The notes under the pieces: generated by a model
Database searches by the model: none
The model's input: only the letters and a program-made list of their open reading frames with translations
What the model was told of the DNA's origin: nothing
Program-made: the position numbers and the translations under genes
Part shown: positions 43,573-56,653 of the stretch, piece after piece
How positions within the stretch are numbered: position 1 is the first letter of the stretch
Layout of the letters: each line of letters opens with the position of its first letter
NCBI GenBank assembly: GCA_012031875.1
Contig: JAAUSZ010000001.1
Coordinates: forward strand, 12,564-76,563
Direction: 5' to 3'
Origin: Desulfobacula sp.
Lineage (GTDB): Bacteria; Desulfobacterota; Desulfobacteria; Desulfobacterales; Desulfobacteraceae
DNA: 64,000 bases

Positions 43573-45590
43573 ATGTGGAAAAGAGCGGTTTGCACCAAGG
43601 ATTGTCCCGATACCTGCGGCCTCCTGGTCAGGGTTGAAAAGGGCCGGATCGTAAGCGTCAAGGGGGACCCGGACCATCCTTATACGGCCGGATTTATCTG
43701 CAAAAAAGCTTCTTTTTTTCCCGGGCACATCCATTCGCCCCACCGCATCACCACCCCCCTGAAGCGGATCGGGCCCAAGGGATCGGCCCGGTTTAAGCCC
43801 GTCAGTTGGGACGAGGCCCTGGACGAGGTGGCGGCCCGGATAGGGTCCGTATCCTCCCCATCCGGACCCGAGGCTATCCTGCCCTATTCCTTTGCCGGGC
43901 ATATGGGGCTGGTGCACCGGCATTCGGGCCACGCCTTTTTCAACCGGCTGGGGGCCTCGGCCCTGGATTATACCATCTGCGGCCCCGCGGCCGCGGCCGG
44001 GTTTGAGGCCAGCCTGGGCAAAGGCCCCAGCACCGAGATCCAGGAAGCAGCCCAATCGGATTTTATCATCGTCTGGGGGTCCAATACCCTCACCACCAAT
44101 ATCCATGCCTGGCCCTTTTTCAGCAGGGCCCGCAAGGCCGGGGCCTTCCTGGCCGTCATTGATCCCTACCGCAACCAAACGGCCCGGAAGGCCGACATGC
44201 ACCTGATGCTGAAACCGGGCACGGATGCAGCCCTGGCCCTGGCCATGATGCAGGTCATCATTGACCGGGATTTGGCGGATCTGGATTTCATCTTCGGGCA
44301 GACCATCGGCTTTGAGCAGGTAAAGGCCAGGGCCGCGGAATATCCCCCGGCCAGGGCCGCGGAAATCTGCGGCCTGCCCGAGGAAATGATCATTCAACTG
44401 GCCCTGGGATATGGCAGGGCCAGGGCGCCCTATATCCGGACCGGATGGGGACCGGCCCGCCAGCTCAGAGGCGGCATGGCCATGCGGACCATCGCGCTTC
44501 TGCCCGCCCTGGTGGGGGCCTTCAAAACCCCCGGCGGAGGCATCACCCGATCCCTGGGCGGGGCCCCCTCGGACCTGAAGTTTCTGACCCGGCCCGACCT
44601 TCGCCCGCCCGGCGTCCGGACCGTCAACATGGTGGAACTGGGCCAGGCCCTGACCCGGCTGGACCATCCCCCGGTGAACCTGCTCTATGTGTATTTATCC
44701 AATCCGGCCGCGGTGGCTCCCCAGTCCCGTGAGGTATTAAAGGGATTAAGCCGGGAAGACCTGTTTGTCGTGGTCCAGGAAATGTTTATGACCGACACCT
44801 GCCGCTATGCCGATATCATCCTGCCCGGGGCAAGCTTCCTGGAGGTCACGGATCTTTACCGGGCCTACGGCCACAATTATATCCAACTGGCCCGGCCTGT
44901 TATCCCGCCCGTGGGGCAGAGCCGCCCCACCCTGGACATCTTCCAGGACCTTGCCGCCCGCCTCGGGTTTACGGAAGACGTCTTTTCCGTCAGCGAAACA
45001 GACTGCATTGAAAAATTACTGCATGATCCGTCACCCTATATGCAGGGAATAGATTTGGAAGGACTCAGATCCGGGCGGGCCGTGAGGCTGAACATCCCGT
45101 CCAAACCCTATGCCCAGGGATTTGCCACGCCTTCGGGCAAGGTGGAATTCTTTTCCCGGGCCATGGCCGATCAGGGCCTTGACCCCCTTCCCGACGGCCG
45201 GCCTTACGGGATCCCGACGGCAAAGACCGATACCCCCTGGAATTCATTACCCCTCCCCACCGTCTTTTCCTGAACTCGGCCTTTAACGAAATCGGCAAAA
45301 TCCGGGAAAAAGCAGGCGCGGCCCGGGTCATGATCCACCCCGAAACCGCCCTGGCCAGAGGCATCGCCCAGGGTGATCCGGTCCGGGTGTTCAACGGCCG
45401 GGGAGAATGCCGGTTCCTGGCCCATGTCACCGACGATGTCCGGACCGAGCTTTTAGTGGCCGAGGGCCTTCACTGGCCCAGCCTTTCCCCCGGCGGCGGA
45501 GCCAACCAGTTGACCAGCCAACGCCTCACCGATATGGGAAATACCTGCGCCTTTCATTGCAACCGGGTCGACATTCAGCTTTCCAAATGA
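43573..45590 (+). CDS. Cytoplasmic Mo/W-bisPGD oxidoreductase, substrate unknown (frameshift near 45200)
   Basis: GGAGG RBS; CTKDCPDTC...ICKK, KPGTDAALA, TDTCRYADIILP, C-terminal IHPETA...GI..GD.V.V; no Tat signal. Confidence 0.88.
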
Positions 45591-46042
45591 AGGCCGCCCG
45601 GCTCGGTGAACCCCGCAAACCCAAGGACTTCGATTTTTCCGCCCGCCCTCCTGGAGAAGGCAGCTAAATCAGGGGGTTCCGGGGACCGGAACAGATGGGA
45701 CCGGCATTTGCAATCCGTGCATCCAAACCCTTCAACGGGAAAAACCCCGGCCATATCATGAAAGATCCCTGCCCAGACATGCTCCAGATGCTCCGGCGCA
45801 TGCGTGAGCCAGACCTCCCGGAAGGCGACGGATTCCCTCAAAAAATCAATATGCCAGCGCTTTGCCTTTTCCCTTTGCAAATGCCGGGATACCCGGGCCC
45901 TGACCCCGCCGGGCCCAAAGGCGCTGCCCACATAGACATAATAGCCCGGTTCCGTATCCATCCGCAGCCTGCCGCCGATCCGCAGCCCGGCCCGCACCGC
46001 GCATTCAAGAATCAGGGCGTATGTTCCGGGTTCTGTTTTCAT
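45575..46042 (-). CDS. GIY-YIG superfamily nuclease (DUF123-like)
   Basis: GTYAL, GYYVYVGSA, RVSRH, WHIDFL, GFGCTDCKCRSHL. Confidence 0.85.
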   Translation of the reverse strand: MKTEPGTYALILECAVRAGLRIGGRLRMDTEPGYYVYVGSAFGPGGVRARVSRHLQREKAKRWHIDFLRESVAFREVWLTHAPEHLEHVWAGIFHDMAGVFPVEGFGCTDCKCRSHLFRSPEPPDLAAFSRRAGGKIEVLGFAGFTEPGGLHLES

Positions 46043-46407
46043 GCGCCATTCTACCCTGAATTCTCATCCCTGAACAGCTTCTTTTTAACCGGCGGGCCGG
46101 AACTCTTGGGCTCGGGGGATTTGGAGATGCCGGTCCTTTTTTAATTGTTCGCAAGTTCCAGGCGGGTTGCAGTATCGTTGATTTTGAGAGCGCTGAATGA
46201 TAATACAAGTATTTACAAGTGCAAAATTTGCCTAATGGCGATTACCGAAAGATGACAGCATGGAGGCAAGCACAAATTCCTATTCTCTCCAATAGAAGAT
46301 AGATTTGTCCTTTTAAAAATATATTGTTCTTTACCTTCTTATTCAGGTATTCTTCAGAGAACTATTTTGATTGGAACTTTTGCTAACTTGCAGTGGAGAA
46401 TTTTCCC

Positions 46408-47249
46408 ATGCCTGATTTTCATAAGAAACCAGAAAGAAAAATTTTCTATAATGTCACAGAGCTGCCAACTTATTTGTATCAATATAAAAGTTTAGAAGGG
46501 GAAAGGATGTCCTGGGCCAAAGAATTCATAACGACAAAAGAATTTTATTTTTCAAGTGCGGAAGAATTTAACGACCCGCTAGATTGTAAAATTGAACCGA
46601 TTTTTGATACCTCTATTGAGATAAAAAAAGCCTATTGGAAGAATGTGATTAATAGAGAATTTCCAAACCTAAAAAAAGATTCAAATCGGGCTATTAAAAA
46701 ATTTCTAAGGAAGATAAAACGAGTGGGGGGCGTTATAAAATTAAGCAACAATTTTTTAAGAGCTTAAATAAACATGGGATTTTGTGCTTAACAGAGACAC
46801 CAAACAATATGCTTATGTGGGCTTACTATGCAGATGGGCATCAAGGAATCTGTTACAGATTCAAACTTATTCCTCGGAACCTAAAAAATATTCCCCCGGA
46901 CAGTTTGCTTTTCTTAAAAATGGATTATGATAACAATTTTCCAAAAACAAATTTTTATAAGGATTCAACTGAAGATTTTGTCAGAGAAATTTTTGGCACT
47001 AAGGCTAAATGTTGGGAACATGAAAAAGAATGGCGATTTATAACAATTTCAAAAGTTGGGAAGGTACAGTGCCCAATTTTGAGATTGGATGCAATTATTT
47101 TTGGATTGAAAACTAATAGAAAAGGATACAAGGAATTAATTAGAGATTGGATTGGTAACAAAGGAGAGACTATAGAACTACTTCAAGTAAAGAACAAAAG
47201 GCGTTCATTCGAGTTAGAAATTATACCCGAACCCGGCGCTCAAGATTAA
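46408..47249 (+). CDS. DUF2971-domain protein, AT-rich (frameshift between about 46680 and 46770)
   Basis: LYQYK, FNDPLDC, CLTE...MLMWAYYADGHQGIC, TKAKCWEHEKEWR, IIFG. Confidence 0.8.
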
Positions 47250-47395
47250 TTATCCTATCAGAACCTTTTCAAAAACAAGGTTTCTCATGTATTTTAAAAA
47301 TATCTGCAATATCAATCTGCTTTTGAAAATGTTGCCGATGGAGCCATTGAATGCCCTTTTAAAGGTGTTATGATCAGGACTGCTGATGGCCTGAA

Positions 47396-47608
47396 ATGAA
47401 TAAGCGGTGGATAAAGAAAGCCAAGTTTTCAGAGGATAATGTTCCGGTAAATGATTTGAAAATCAACTCCGGAAAAATTATCCGGCAGATTCAGGAGGCC
47501 CGCCGTTTTATGAGAGGCATCCTCAAAGGCATGATTGATCTGGAAGAAGGACGGGAACAAAGCCTCGAGGATGTTAAAAAACATCTGAAAATCTATATTG
47601 AAATTTAG
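47396..47608 (+). pseudogene. Phd/YefM antitoxin remnant with internal deletion
   Basis: FSEDNVPVNDLKINSGKIIRQI joined directly to RRFMRGILKGMIDLEEGREQSLEDVKKHL; central strands missing; no toxin. Confidence 0.6.
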
Positions 47609-47630
47609 AATCCTAAATCCTAAAGGGGTA

Positions 47631-48335
47631 ATGATGATCGGTATCCTGGGTGCTCTGGACGAAGAGGTGAGTCTGATCTGCGAGGCATTGACGGATCGCA
47701 CAGCCGTGGAAAAAGCCGGGAATCTGTTCCATTGCGGAAAACTGGGGGAGATGGAGGTCACCGTTATCCGGTGCGGCATCGGCAAGGTCAATGCCGCCAT
47801 CTGCACCCAGATCCTCATCGACCGGTTCCAGTGCGAAAAAATCATTTTCGGCGGGGTGGCCGGGGCCTTGCTCATGGGCCTCAGACAGGGGGATGTGGTG
47901 ATCTCCTCCCATGCGGTCCAGTTTGATATCGATTTGACGGCCTTTGGCCGGCGCCGCGGGGAACTTGCGGATCAGGACCGCCTCATCGCGGCCGATCCCG
48001 GCTTGATAGAAGCCGCGACCAGGGCCTTTGACCAATTGTCCGAGGAAATGCAGAACCCCCCGGCCCTGATGGTGGGAACCATTGTATCGGGAGACAGTTT
48101 TATTTCCGACCCGGCCACCATCAAATGGCTTCAGCGGGAATTCGGCGCAGCCTGCACTGAAATGGAAGGCGGTTCCGTGGGCTATACCTGTAAAATCAAT
48201 GATATCCCCTTTGTCATCATCCGGATCATGTCCGATAAAGCCGGGGATAACGCGGTCGAAGAATTTGATTCGTTTCTGTCCAAAAGCTCTGAAATGCTTT
48301 GCAATCTGATATTAGGGACCCTTTGCCGGCTTTAA
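47631..48335 (+). CDS. mtnN: 5'-methylthioadenosine/SAH nucleosidase
   Basis: IGILGALDEE, GIGKVNAA, SGDSF, EMEG, IRIMSD.A. Confidence 0.92.
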   Translation: MMIGILGALDEEVSLICEALTDRTAVEKAGNLFHCGKLGEMEVTVIRCGIGKVNAAICTQILIDRFQCEKIIFGGVAGALLMGLRQGDVVISSHAVQFDIDLTAFGRRRGELADQDRLIAADPGLIEAATRAFDQLSEEMQNPPALMVGTIVSGDSFISDPATIKWLQREFGAACTEMEGGSVGYTCKINDIPFVIIRIMSDKAGDNAVEEFDSFLSKSSEMLCNLILGTLCRL

Positions 48336-48336
48336 C

Positions 48337-51199
48337 ATGATGAAAATCCTGAAAAAACTGTCCATACAATACCAGTTGATGCTGTGGAACACCTTCTGAT
48401 CCTGTTTGCCCTGATCAGCACGGGCTGGGCCATCAATGCCCTGGTCAAGGAGACCGTGGAAAAAAACATGATTAAGGATTTGACGACTTCCGTCGTCTCC
48501 ATCCAGAAAATGATTGATACCACGGTCAATGCCTCCATCCATAACTATTTGCGGGGGATAGGGGAAAAAAATATCAATATCCTGGAAAACCTGCAAAAGG
48601 ATGTGGCCTCGGGAAAGATGACCCTTGCAGAGGCAAAACAACTGGCTGAAAAAATTCTCCTGAGCCAACCCATCGGTGAAACCGGATATATCTATGCACT
48701 GACCAGCCGCGGCATCCTTGCCGTTCATCCCCACGACGGCATGAAAAATAAGGATGTCTCAGGGGATGACCTGGCCAAAAAACTAATCCGTGAAAAAAAG
48801 GGATATGTGGACTATCAGTGGCAGAATCCCGGAGAAGAAAAAGAGCGGGCAAAGGTTCTTTATATGGCCTATTTTGAACCCTGGGACTGGATCGTGTCCG
48901 TTTCAAGCTATCGGGAAGAATTCACCTCCCTTTTTGATATCCGGGATATCCAGGCGGATATCCTGTCCTTCCAATTCGGCCGATCAGGCTCTTCCTTTAT
49001 CATGGACGGCGAGGGCAATTTTCTGGTGCACCGGCATTTGAAAGGCAATATCTCCCTTTTAAAGGACTCTGAATCCTGGGCCATCTTTTTTGCTGAAATG
49101 AAACTGGCAAAAACCGGGACAATGAAGATGAACTGGACGGACAACCAGGGGGACCCTCCCAGGGAAAGATTGATTTTTTTCCATCATCTTCCATCCCTGG
49201 ACTGGTTTGTGGTGTCCTCGGTCTATTCCGATGAAATCCGGCAGCAGCTCGGCCGGATTCACCGGATCATCCTGTCCGCCATCCTCATTATTCTTATGAT
49301 CCTCCTCCCCTTCAGCCTTTACATCGGCAGATCCGTGACCCGCCCCCTGGTCAAGCTCGCCCGGGAAATGGAGCAGGCCGGTTCCGGCATGTTTGATATC
49401 CGGGCCGAGGAAACCGCCGGCGTGAAATCGGGCGACTCGCGACACATTTCAATACCTATATGGCCAAACTGAAAATCGTCCATAGTGAATTGAATCAGGA
49501 GGTGGAAGAACGGACAAGGGCCGCGGCCCAGTTAAAAATTTTCAAAAAAGTGTTTGAAAATGCCCTGGAAGGCATCAGCATCACGGATCCTGAGGGCCGT
49601 ATCATCGCCATAAACCAGGCATTCACGGATATTACGGGATACAGCCTTGAAGAGGCGGTTGGGCAGAACCCGAGGATTCTTAAATCCAACCGGCATGATG
49701 AATCCTTTTACAAAGAGATGTGGGACCGCCTGAAGACCAAGGGATACTGGGCCGGAGAAATCTGGAACAGAAGGAAAAACGGGGAGGCCTTCCCGGAAAT
49801 TCTCAGCATCAGCTCCATCAAACAGGATGACGGCGAAGTCTCCCATTATGTGGCCGTGTTCCATGATATTTCGGAAATGAAGCTGCAGCAGGAAAAAATC
49901 CAACACCAGGCCTACCACGATGAATTAACCGGGCTTCCGAACCGGTACCTTGCCCATGACAGGCTTTCCATGGCGCTGAAAACCGCTAAACGACAGCACA
50001 CCATGGCTGCCGTCCTCTTCATGGATATGGATAATTTTAAATATTTCAATGACAGCCTGGGTCATACATGCGGGGACACTCTTCTGCAAGAGCTGGGCAG
50101 CCGGTTGAAAAAAATCATCCGGGAGCAGGATACCATTGCCCGGCTCGGGGGGGATGAATTCCTGGTGATTGCCGGGGATATTAAATTCCAGGAGGAAGTC
50201 CTGGAACTTGCCGGCCGGTTGTTTGAAGCCATGAAAGAGCCTTTTTCCATTGCCGGCCACGAGCTTCTTGTTTCCCTCAGTGTCGGGATCAGCCTTTATC
50301 CGGAAGACGGGACCACGGCCGATCTGTTGATCAAAAACGCGGATATGGCCATGTACCAGTCTAAAATCAGCGGGAAAAGCAGATATCATATGTTCACGCC
50401 GGAGCTGAACCGTCTGGCCCTGTATAAGATGGATATGGTGAAGGAATTCAGGGCGGGCCTGACCCAAAAGGAATTCATGGTTTATTACCAACCCAAGGTA
50501 GACCCGGCCACAAATCACGTGCTGGGCCTGGAAGCCCTGGTCCGCTGGCAAAAACAGGACGGGGCCGTCGTGAGCCCGGGAGAGTTTATTCCCATGGCCG
50601 AGGAAACCGGGCTGATCCTGCAGTTGAGTCGGTATGTCCTGGAGGAATCCTGCAAGGCCCTTAAGCTGCTTAAAGAAAATTTTTCCTTCCCCTTGACCCT
50701 TTCCGTGAATATTTCACCCCTTGAATTCAAACAGCCTGATCTTGCGGAGAATATGCTGAATGTCTTAAAATCCCATCTTCTTCCTGCCTCATCCATCGAG
50801 ATCGAGATTACTGAAACCACCATGATGACCGACCTTAAATCAACCCTGGAAAAATTGAATATCCTCAAAAAAGAAGGGGTTTCCATTGCCATAGATGACT
50901 TTGGGACCGGGTATTCTTCCCTGTATTATTTAAAAAAACTGCCCATCAGCACCCTGAAAATAGATAAATCCTTTATTGACGATATAACAACGGATCAGAG
51001 CGATGCCAATATTGTCGAAACCATCATTCTCATGGCTAAAAATTTAGGGATAAAAGTCGTGGCCGAGGGTGTGGAAACCAAGGAACAATTTGAGCTGCTT
51101 GCCAAATATAAATGTGACCTGATCCAGGGGTATTATTATGCCAAACCCATGCCCCTGGAAGATTTGATCCGCTATCTTGAAAACATCGCTAAGCCATGA
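48337..51199 (+). CDS. Cache-HAMP-PAS-GGDEF-EAL c-di-GMP enzyme (frameshifts near 48393 and 49420)
   Basis: TM-Cache-TM-HAMP, PAS (GQNPRILKS), RLGGDEF, EALVRW, IDDFGTGYSSL. Confidence 0.9.
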
Positions 51200-51213
51200 A
51201 AAGGACAGGATAA

Positions 51214-51470
51214 ATGACTCCCATCCACATTGTCGGGCATGCCGGCTGCGGAAAAACCACATTGATTACGGATCTGATCAAGGCCCTGGCCAAAAAATAG
51301 AGGTCTTCAGGGAAGCCGTCGGCAGACCCCCTTTGTTCACGGGCCTCAGGCATATGAGAGCCCTTGTCTCCGACGACAAGACAGGGCAAACAGATTTCCC
51401 CATCTTTCCCAGACCGGATGGGGACTCCCTGGCCGATTTTCTGTTAACCCTTAAGGGAGATCTTTCATAG
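51214..51470 (+). pseudogene. mobB: MobB remnant with large internal deletion
   Basis: MTPIHIVGHAGCGKTTLITDLIKALAKK fused out of frame at an A run to KIEVFREAVGRPPL...ALVSDD...LADFL. Confidence 0.65.
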
Positions 51471-51681
51471 CAGACCCCGGCGCGGGGCCGGAGGCTCCCA
51501 TTCCGTTGAAACAGGATCAGGGGACCGGAGCACTGATTTTGACAAGGACTTGTATTCCCTGTCCGGGAAGTGTACCATCAGAGCATAAGTCTCATGACGT
51601 GCAGGATAAAATCTGAAACTCAAAAATTTCTCACCTGCCCAATGATTTAAGACTGTAGCAACTTTATAAACAGGAGGAGAG

Positions 51682-52240
51682 ATGGAACCTGACAGATTTA
51701 GAGAATCCAGGCAGGCAATAAACCGGTTATGTGATAACCTGAACGTCTTAATTGAACAAAATGCCGTTGAGGCGTCTCTGGAATGCTGCCGGGAAGCCCA
51801 AAGCCAGCTTGAGCGGCTCAGCCCCGAGGCAGATGATGAAATCCAGCAGCGGTCTGTCAAAAACCTGGGAATAAAAAATCAGACATCTGCTGGGCCTTAT
51901 CAATAAAATCAAGGTTAAAAAAGCCCCTGCGGCAAGGCCCGGAAAAAGCACCGCCGCACCGGTTGAATGGGATGAAGACCGTATCAAACAGCTTTCCCCG
52001 GCATATTTAAAAAAAGTGTCCGCCAATATGGGGAATGATCCCAAGGCCTATGTCTGTTTCGATATGACCGGCAAGGGGCTCAAACCCAGCTACCAGATCC
52101 GCTTTGGAAACCAGGACACCGCCACCTTCAGCGGCAGTTACCACAAGCTCAGGGAAAAGCCCCTGGCCGGCGGGGCCCATAAAATATCCCGGCCCTTTAC
52201 CTGTACGGCAATAGACTCGGCCCTGAACGCGGGATCATAG
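51682..52240 (+). CDS. Hypothetical protein of about 185 aa (frameshift near 51875)
   Basis: AGGAGG RBS; two ORFs join across the A6 run. Confidence 0.6.
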
Positions 52241-52248
52241 TTTGAAAG

Positions 52249-54935
52249 ATGCGACCGGTTCAAGGGCAAAGATGGATCAGTGAAACAGAACCGGAGCTGG
52301 GCCTGGGCCTTTTGATCCATATCACCCCGAAAACCGTCGGCATCCGGTTTACCTCAAGCGCTTGTGAAAGGCAGTATGCCCTCACTTCAGCCCCCCTGAA
52401 GCGGATGATATTCAAACCCGGTGACGAGGTCCGATCCAAAGACGGGAAAAAGCTGGTCATTGAGTCCGTAAGCGAGTCGGAGGGGCTGGTGTATTATTCA
52501 GGGGGGAACGGGGTGATCTGTGAAAAGGACCTTTCAGACACCCTGTCTTTTTCCCTGCCCCAGGACCGGCTCTTTGCCGGGATCACGGATTCAAACAAGG
52601 CCTTTGACCTGCGCCTCAGGCTCCTGAAATCAAAGGCCGTTTATGATGCCTCCGCGGTAAAAGGCTTCATCGGGGGCAAGGTGGAACTCATTCCCCACCA
52701 GTTTTTCATTGCCGATGCCGTTGCCGCAAGGCAGGTGCCCAGGGTGCTGCTGTCCGATGAAACCGGGCTGGGCAAAACCATAGAAGCCTGTCTCATTCTT
52801 CATAAACTCATCATCAGCCACAGGATCCGGAGGGTGTTGATTATTGTCCCGGAATCCTTATCCCATCAGTGGTTTATAGAACTTTACAAAAGATTCAGCC
52901 TGTCCTTTATGATCCTGGATGAAACCTATTGCCTGAACCTGGACCGCCGGGGAAGGGGCGTGAACCCTTTTCTTGAACATCAACTGGCCATTGTAAGCTT
53001 TGATTTTCTGGAGACGCCCCGGTGGCATGCGAGGATCCTGGATTCAGGCTGGGATATGGTGGTGGTGGATGAGGCCCACCATATCACGGACCATGAAATC
53101 ACCCGTGACTTTATCGGCCGGCTCTCACGATCCGCACCCGGATTGATGCTGCTGTCCGCCACCCCGGAGCAGATGGGCCTTAAAAACCATTTTCTTCACT
53201 TAAAACTCCTGGACCCCCACCGGTATTTTGATTTTTCCGCCCATCTTCAGGAAAGCCTCGGATATGAAAAAACCATGGGCAAGGTCAAGGACCTCCTGAA
53301 AAAAGGGAAACCAATTGAGACCTTCCTGGATTCCTATGGACCCGGCCGGTCATGTTCAGAAACCGGAGACAGGTCATCCAGGGGTTCCCCAGGCGGATTC
53401 CCCGTGTTAAGGGCCTGGATGCGGACCCCTCAAGGGTCCGGTCCGTAAATGAGGAATTTTTTGATCCCGAGGGCAAAACCGATAATGACCTTCATCAGGA
53501 CCCCAGGATGCTGTATCTTCTTGAGCTGATCCGTCAGAATGAAAAGATCCTTGTGATTTCATCTTCCGGGCAAAAGGCCCTGGCCATTGAGGCCGCCCTG
53601 GCCCGTCATACCTCCGTGGATACGGCAAGGTTCGATGAGAGCATGAGCCTGCTCCGGCGGGATCGGAATGCCGCCTTTTTTGCAAGGGAAGACGGGGCCA
53701 AAGTATTGATCGCCTCTGAAATCGGCAGCGAGGGAAGAAATTTTCAGTTTGTACATCACCTCTTTCTTTTTGACCTGCCCGTGAACCCGGAACTTCTGGA
53801 ACAACGAATCGGCCGCCTGGACCGGATAGGCCAGAAGAACGATATCCAGATCCATGTTCCCTATATCCGGGGAACCGGTTATGAAATCCTTGCCCGCTGG
53901 TATATGGACGGGGTAAACCTCTTTGCCCGGAATATCAATGGGCTGCACCTGATTTACAAAGCGTTCGAACCCGGCCTCCAGGCGCTGTTCACCCGGTTAA
54001 GGGAGGATGAAACCATGGATGAGGCGGTCCTTGTGGACCTCATTTCCCGGACCGGGGATTTCCGGGCGGAAACCGAAAAAAAACTGGCCAAAGGGAAAAA
54101 CATCCTCCTGGAAATGAATTCCTTCAAACCTGAACCGGCCCGGCGCATCCTTCGGGAAGTGGAAGCCTTTGATTCAAGCCCGCAGCTTGAACATCTTCTG
54201 GCCGAGGTTCTCTTGCATTACGGCATTGAAACCGATTTTATGAACGATTCCGTCTTCCGGTTGAATTTCAAGAATATGACGGATGAGAATTTCCCGGTAT
54301 CGGCAAGGCTTTCCGATACCCTGACCTTTAAAAGGAAAACAGCCGTCCTGAGGGATGATGCGGAATTTTTCTCCTGGGATCATCCCTTTATCCATCGGGT
54401 GTTTGAATATTTTATCACCGGCAATACAGGGTCCTGCGCCCTGGCAAGGCTTGCCGGCCAAAAAGGCCGGGGACTTTTTCTTGAAACCGTATTCGTCCTG
54501 GAATGCATTGCCCCTTTGGATCTGGAAATGGGCCGGTATCTGACCTGTGACCCCATTCACCTGGTGGTGGACCATGAAGGCCGGGGCATCATGGAAAAAC
54601 CGGAGACCCGCCAATGGGCCGGGCATCTTTCCGAAGACCGGAAAAACGGGTTCAGGGAATTGGAACCCCTGATCCGGGACCTCGTCCCTTTCATGATTGA
54701 AAACAGCCTGACCCTGGCCCGGGGCCTTTCTTCCGATATCATGGAAAGGGCAAGGCTGAAAATAGAACACCTCTTAGGGCGGGAAATGGAAAGGCTTCTG
54801 GAACTTCAGAAAATAAACCCGGATATCCGGGAGGAAGAAATCGCCGCGGTCCGAAACCGGCGGGCCTCCCTTCTCTCCTATCTGGCTTCGGCCCGTCCAA
54901 GGCTGGATGCCCTGAGGCTGATCCGGCAAATTTAG
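52249..54935 (+). CDS. rapA: RNA polymerase-associated SNF2 ATPase (frameshift near 53345)
   Basis: [71 protein letters not shown]. Confidence 0.93.
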
Positions 54936-56653
54936 ACCTTGAATCCGTCCAGAATCAGCTTTAATTCAGAGGCCATCTCTTTCAAATGCCGGGAGCTTGT
55001 TTCCACCTTTTTCGTGCTTTCTGCGATTTTATCCGTGGCCTGGCTGACACCGGTGATATCCTTGGCAATCTCATTGGATACGCTTGAACTCTGATTGATA
55101 TTCTCATTGACAAGGGCGAGCCCCTGGCCGGCCTGGGCAATATTCCCCGAGATTTCCTTTGTCACCGCGGACTGCTCTTCCACGGCTGCGGCAATGGTGG
55201 CCACGATCTCATTAATATCCGTGATGACCCTGGAAATCGCATCAATCTCACCCACGGCCAACACGGTGGTGGCTTGAATGTCGTCGATCTGAGTTTTAAT
55301 GTCCCGGGTCGACTTCGCGGTCTGGACCGCAAGGTCCTTGATTTCGTTGGCGACAACGGCAAACCCCTTTCCCGCATCCCCGGCCCTTGCCGCCTCAATG
55401 GTGGCATTGAGGGCCAGGAGGTTGGTCTGTTCCGAGATATCACTAATGGCATCGGTGACCTTGCCGATTTCTTTGGCCGTCCTTTCCAGAATCCCCATTT
55501 TTCCCGATGCGCTTTGGGCCTGGGAAACCGCTCCCTGGGAAATGTCCCTGGCCCTTTCCGCGTTCCGGGCGATCTCCGTGATGGTGGAGGTCATTTCTTC
55601 GGCCGCGGCCACCACCAGATTCAGGTTGGTCGTGGACTCTTCCATGGCCGCGGCCACGCTGGAAATATTGGTGTCCATTTCTTCGGTGGACGCGGCCACA
55701 TTGACGGAGCGCCGGGCCGTATCTTCCACTTCTGCAGACAGGTGTCCGGAGATTTCCGAAAGATCACCGGAAGACAGGTCAACCTCCCTTGAACTGGCAG
55801 ATATCTTTTTAATCATGTCCTGGAGTTTTCCCACAAAGACATTAAACCCCTTGGATAATTCCCCCACCTCATCCGTCGAGTCCACCTTGAGCCGGACCGT
55901 CAGGTCCCCCTCCCCTTCCGCAATATCCTTGACCATGCTGCTGGCTTTGCGGAGCGGACCCGATATTCTTCCGGCCACCACATAGGTCAAAACAAGGGTC
56001 AGGGCCAGAGAGATAAAAATAGCCGCCACTAAAAGATTTCTCTGTCTGGCCATGCCTGCTTTGATGATCTTTTCTTTTTCCGTTATCGCTGCCTTGACAT
56101 CGTCAATATAAATTCCAGAACCGATAACCCAGTTCAGGGGCTTAAAGAGCTTGACATAGGAAAGCTTATCCACGGGTTCGCTAAACCCGGGTTTGGCCCA
56201 TTTATATCCCACCGTGCCCTCCCCCTCTTTTTTACAGACCTCCGCCATTTCAACAAAGAGGCGTTTGCCGTCCGGGTCTTTATAATCCGACAGGTTCTTC
56301 CCGTTCAAGGCCTGGTTGACAGGATGAAATACCATGGCCGGGGTCATGTCATTGATCCACAGATAGCCGGTCCCGGCATCATATTTCGTATCACTGACGA
56401 GTTTAAAGATCACTGCCTTTTTCCCGGCCTCATCCGTATCCTTGGATGCAAAAATTCCCTCAATCTGGCTGACCCCCATTTCAACGATATTCTTCAGCTT
56501 CTGCTTTTTTTCTTCCATCAGGGTGGCCCTTAAGGACTGGATCTCCGCCTCTCCCATGCTTTTTATGGAGGATGAGGCGATAAAAAACATAATGACCCCT
56601 AAAAAAACCAACCCTGAAAAAGATGTAAGCATAATTTTTTTTCGGATATTCAT
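54932..56653 (-). CDS. Methyl-accepting chemotaxis protein (Cache_2-HAMP-MA)
   Basis: YLWIND...HP...[31 protein letters not shown]. Confidence 0.95.
   Translation of the reverse strand: MNIRKKIMLTSFSGLVFLGVIMFFIASSSIKSMGEAEIQSLRATLMEEKKQKLKNIVEMGVSQIEGIFASKDTDEAGKKAVIFKLVSDTKYDAGTGYLWINDMTPAMVFHPVNQALNGKNLSDYKDPDGKRLFVEMAEVCKKEGEGTVGYKWAKPGFSEPVDKLSYVKLFKPLNWVIGSGIYIDDVKAAITEKEKIIKAGMARQRNLLVAAIFISLALTLVLTYVVAGRISGPLRKASSMVKDIAEGEGDLTVRLKVDSTDEVGELSKGFNVFVGKLQDMIKKISASSREVDLSSGDLSEISGHLSAEVEDTARRSVNVAASTEEMDTNISSVAAAMEESTTNLNLVVAAAEEMTSTITEIARNAERARDISQGAVSQAQSASGKMGILERTAKEIGKVTDAISDISEQTNLLALNATIEAARAGDAGKGFAVVANEIKDLAVQTAKSTRDIKTQIDDIQATTVLAVGEIDAISRVITDINEIVATIAAAVEEQSAVTKEISGNIAQAGQGLALVNENINQSSSVSNEIAKDITGVSQATDKIAESTKKVETSSRHLKEMASELKLILDGFKV

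Noticed and set aside
44326-44363. Short direct repeat GCCAGGGCCGCGGAA x2
   Set aside because: In-frame coding repeat (ARAAE twice); not an array
46140-47630. Integron cassette, IS or prophage origin of the AT-rich islet
   Set aside because: No attC-like structure, terminal inverted repeats, transposase or integrase visible
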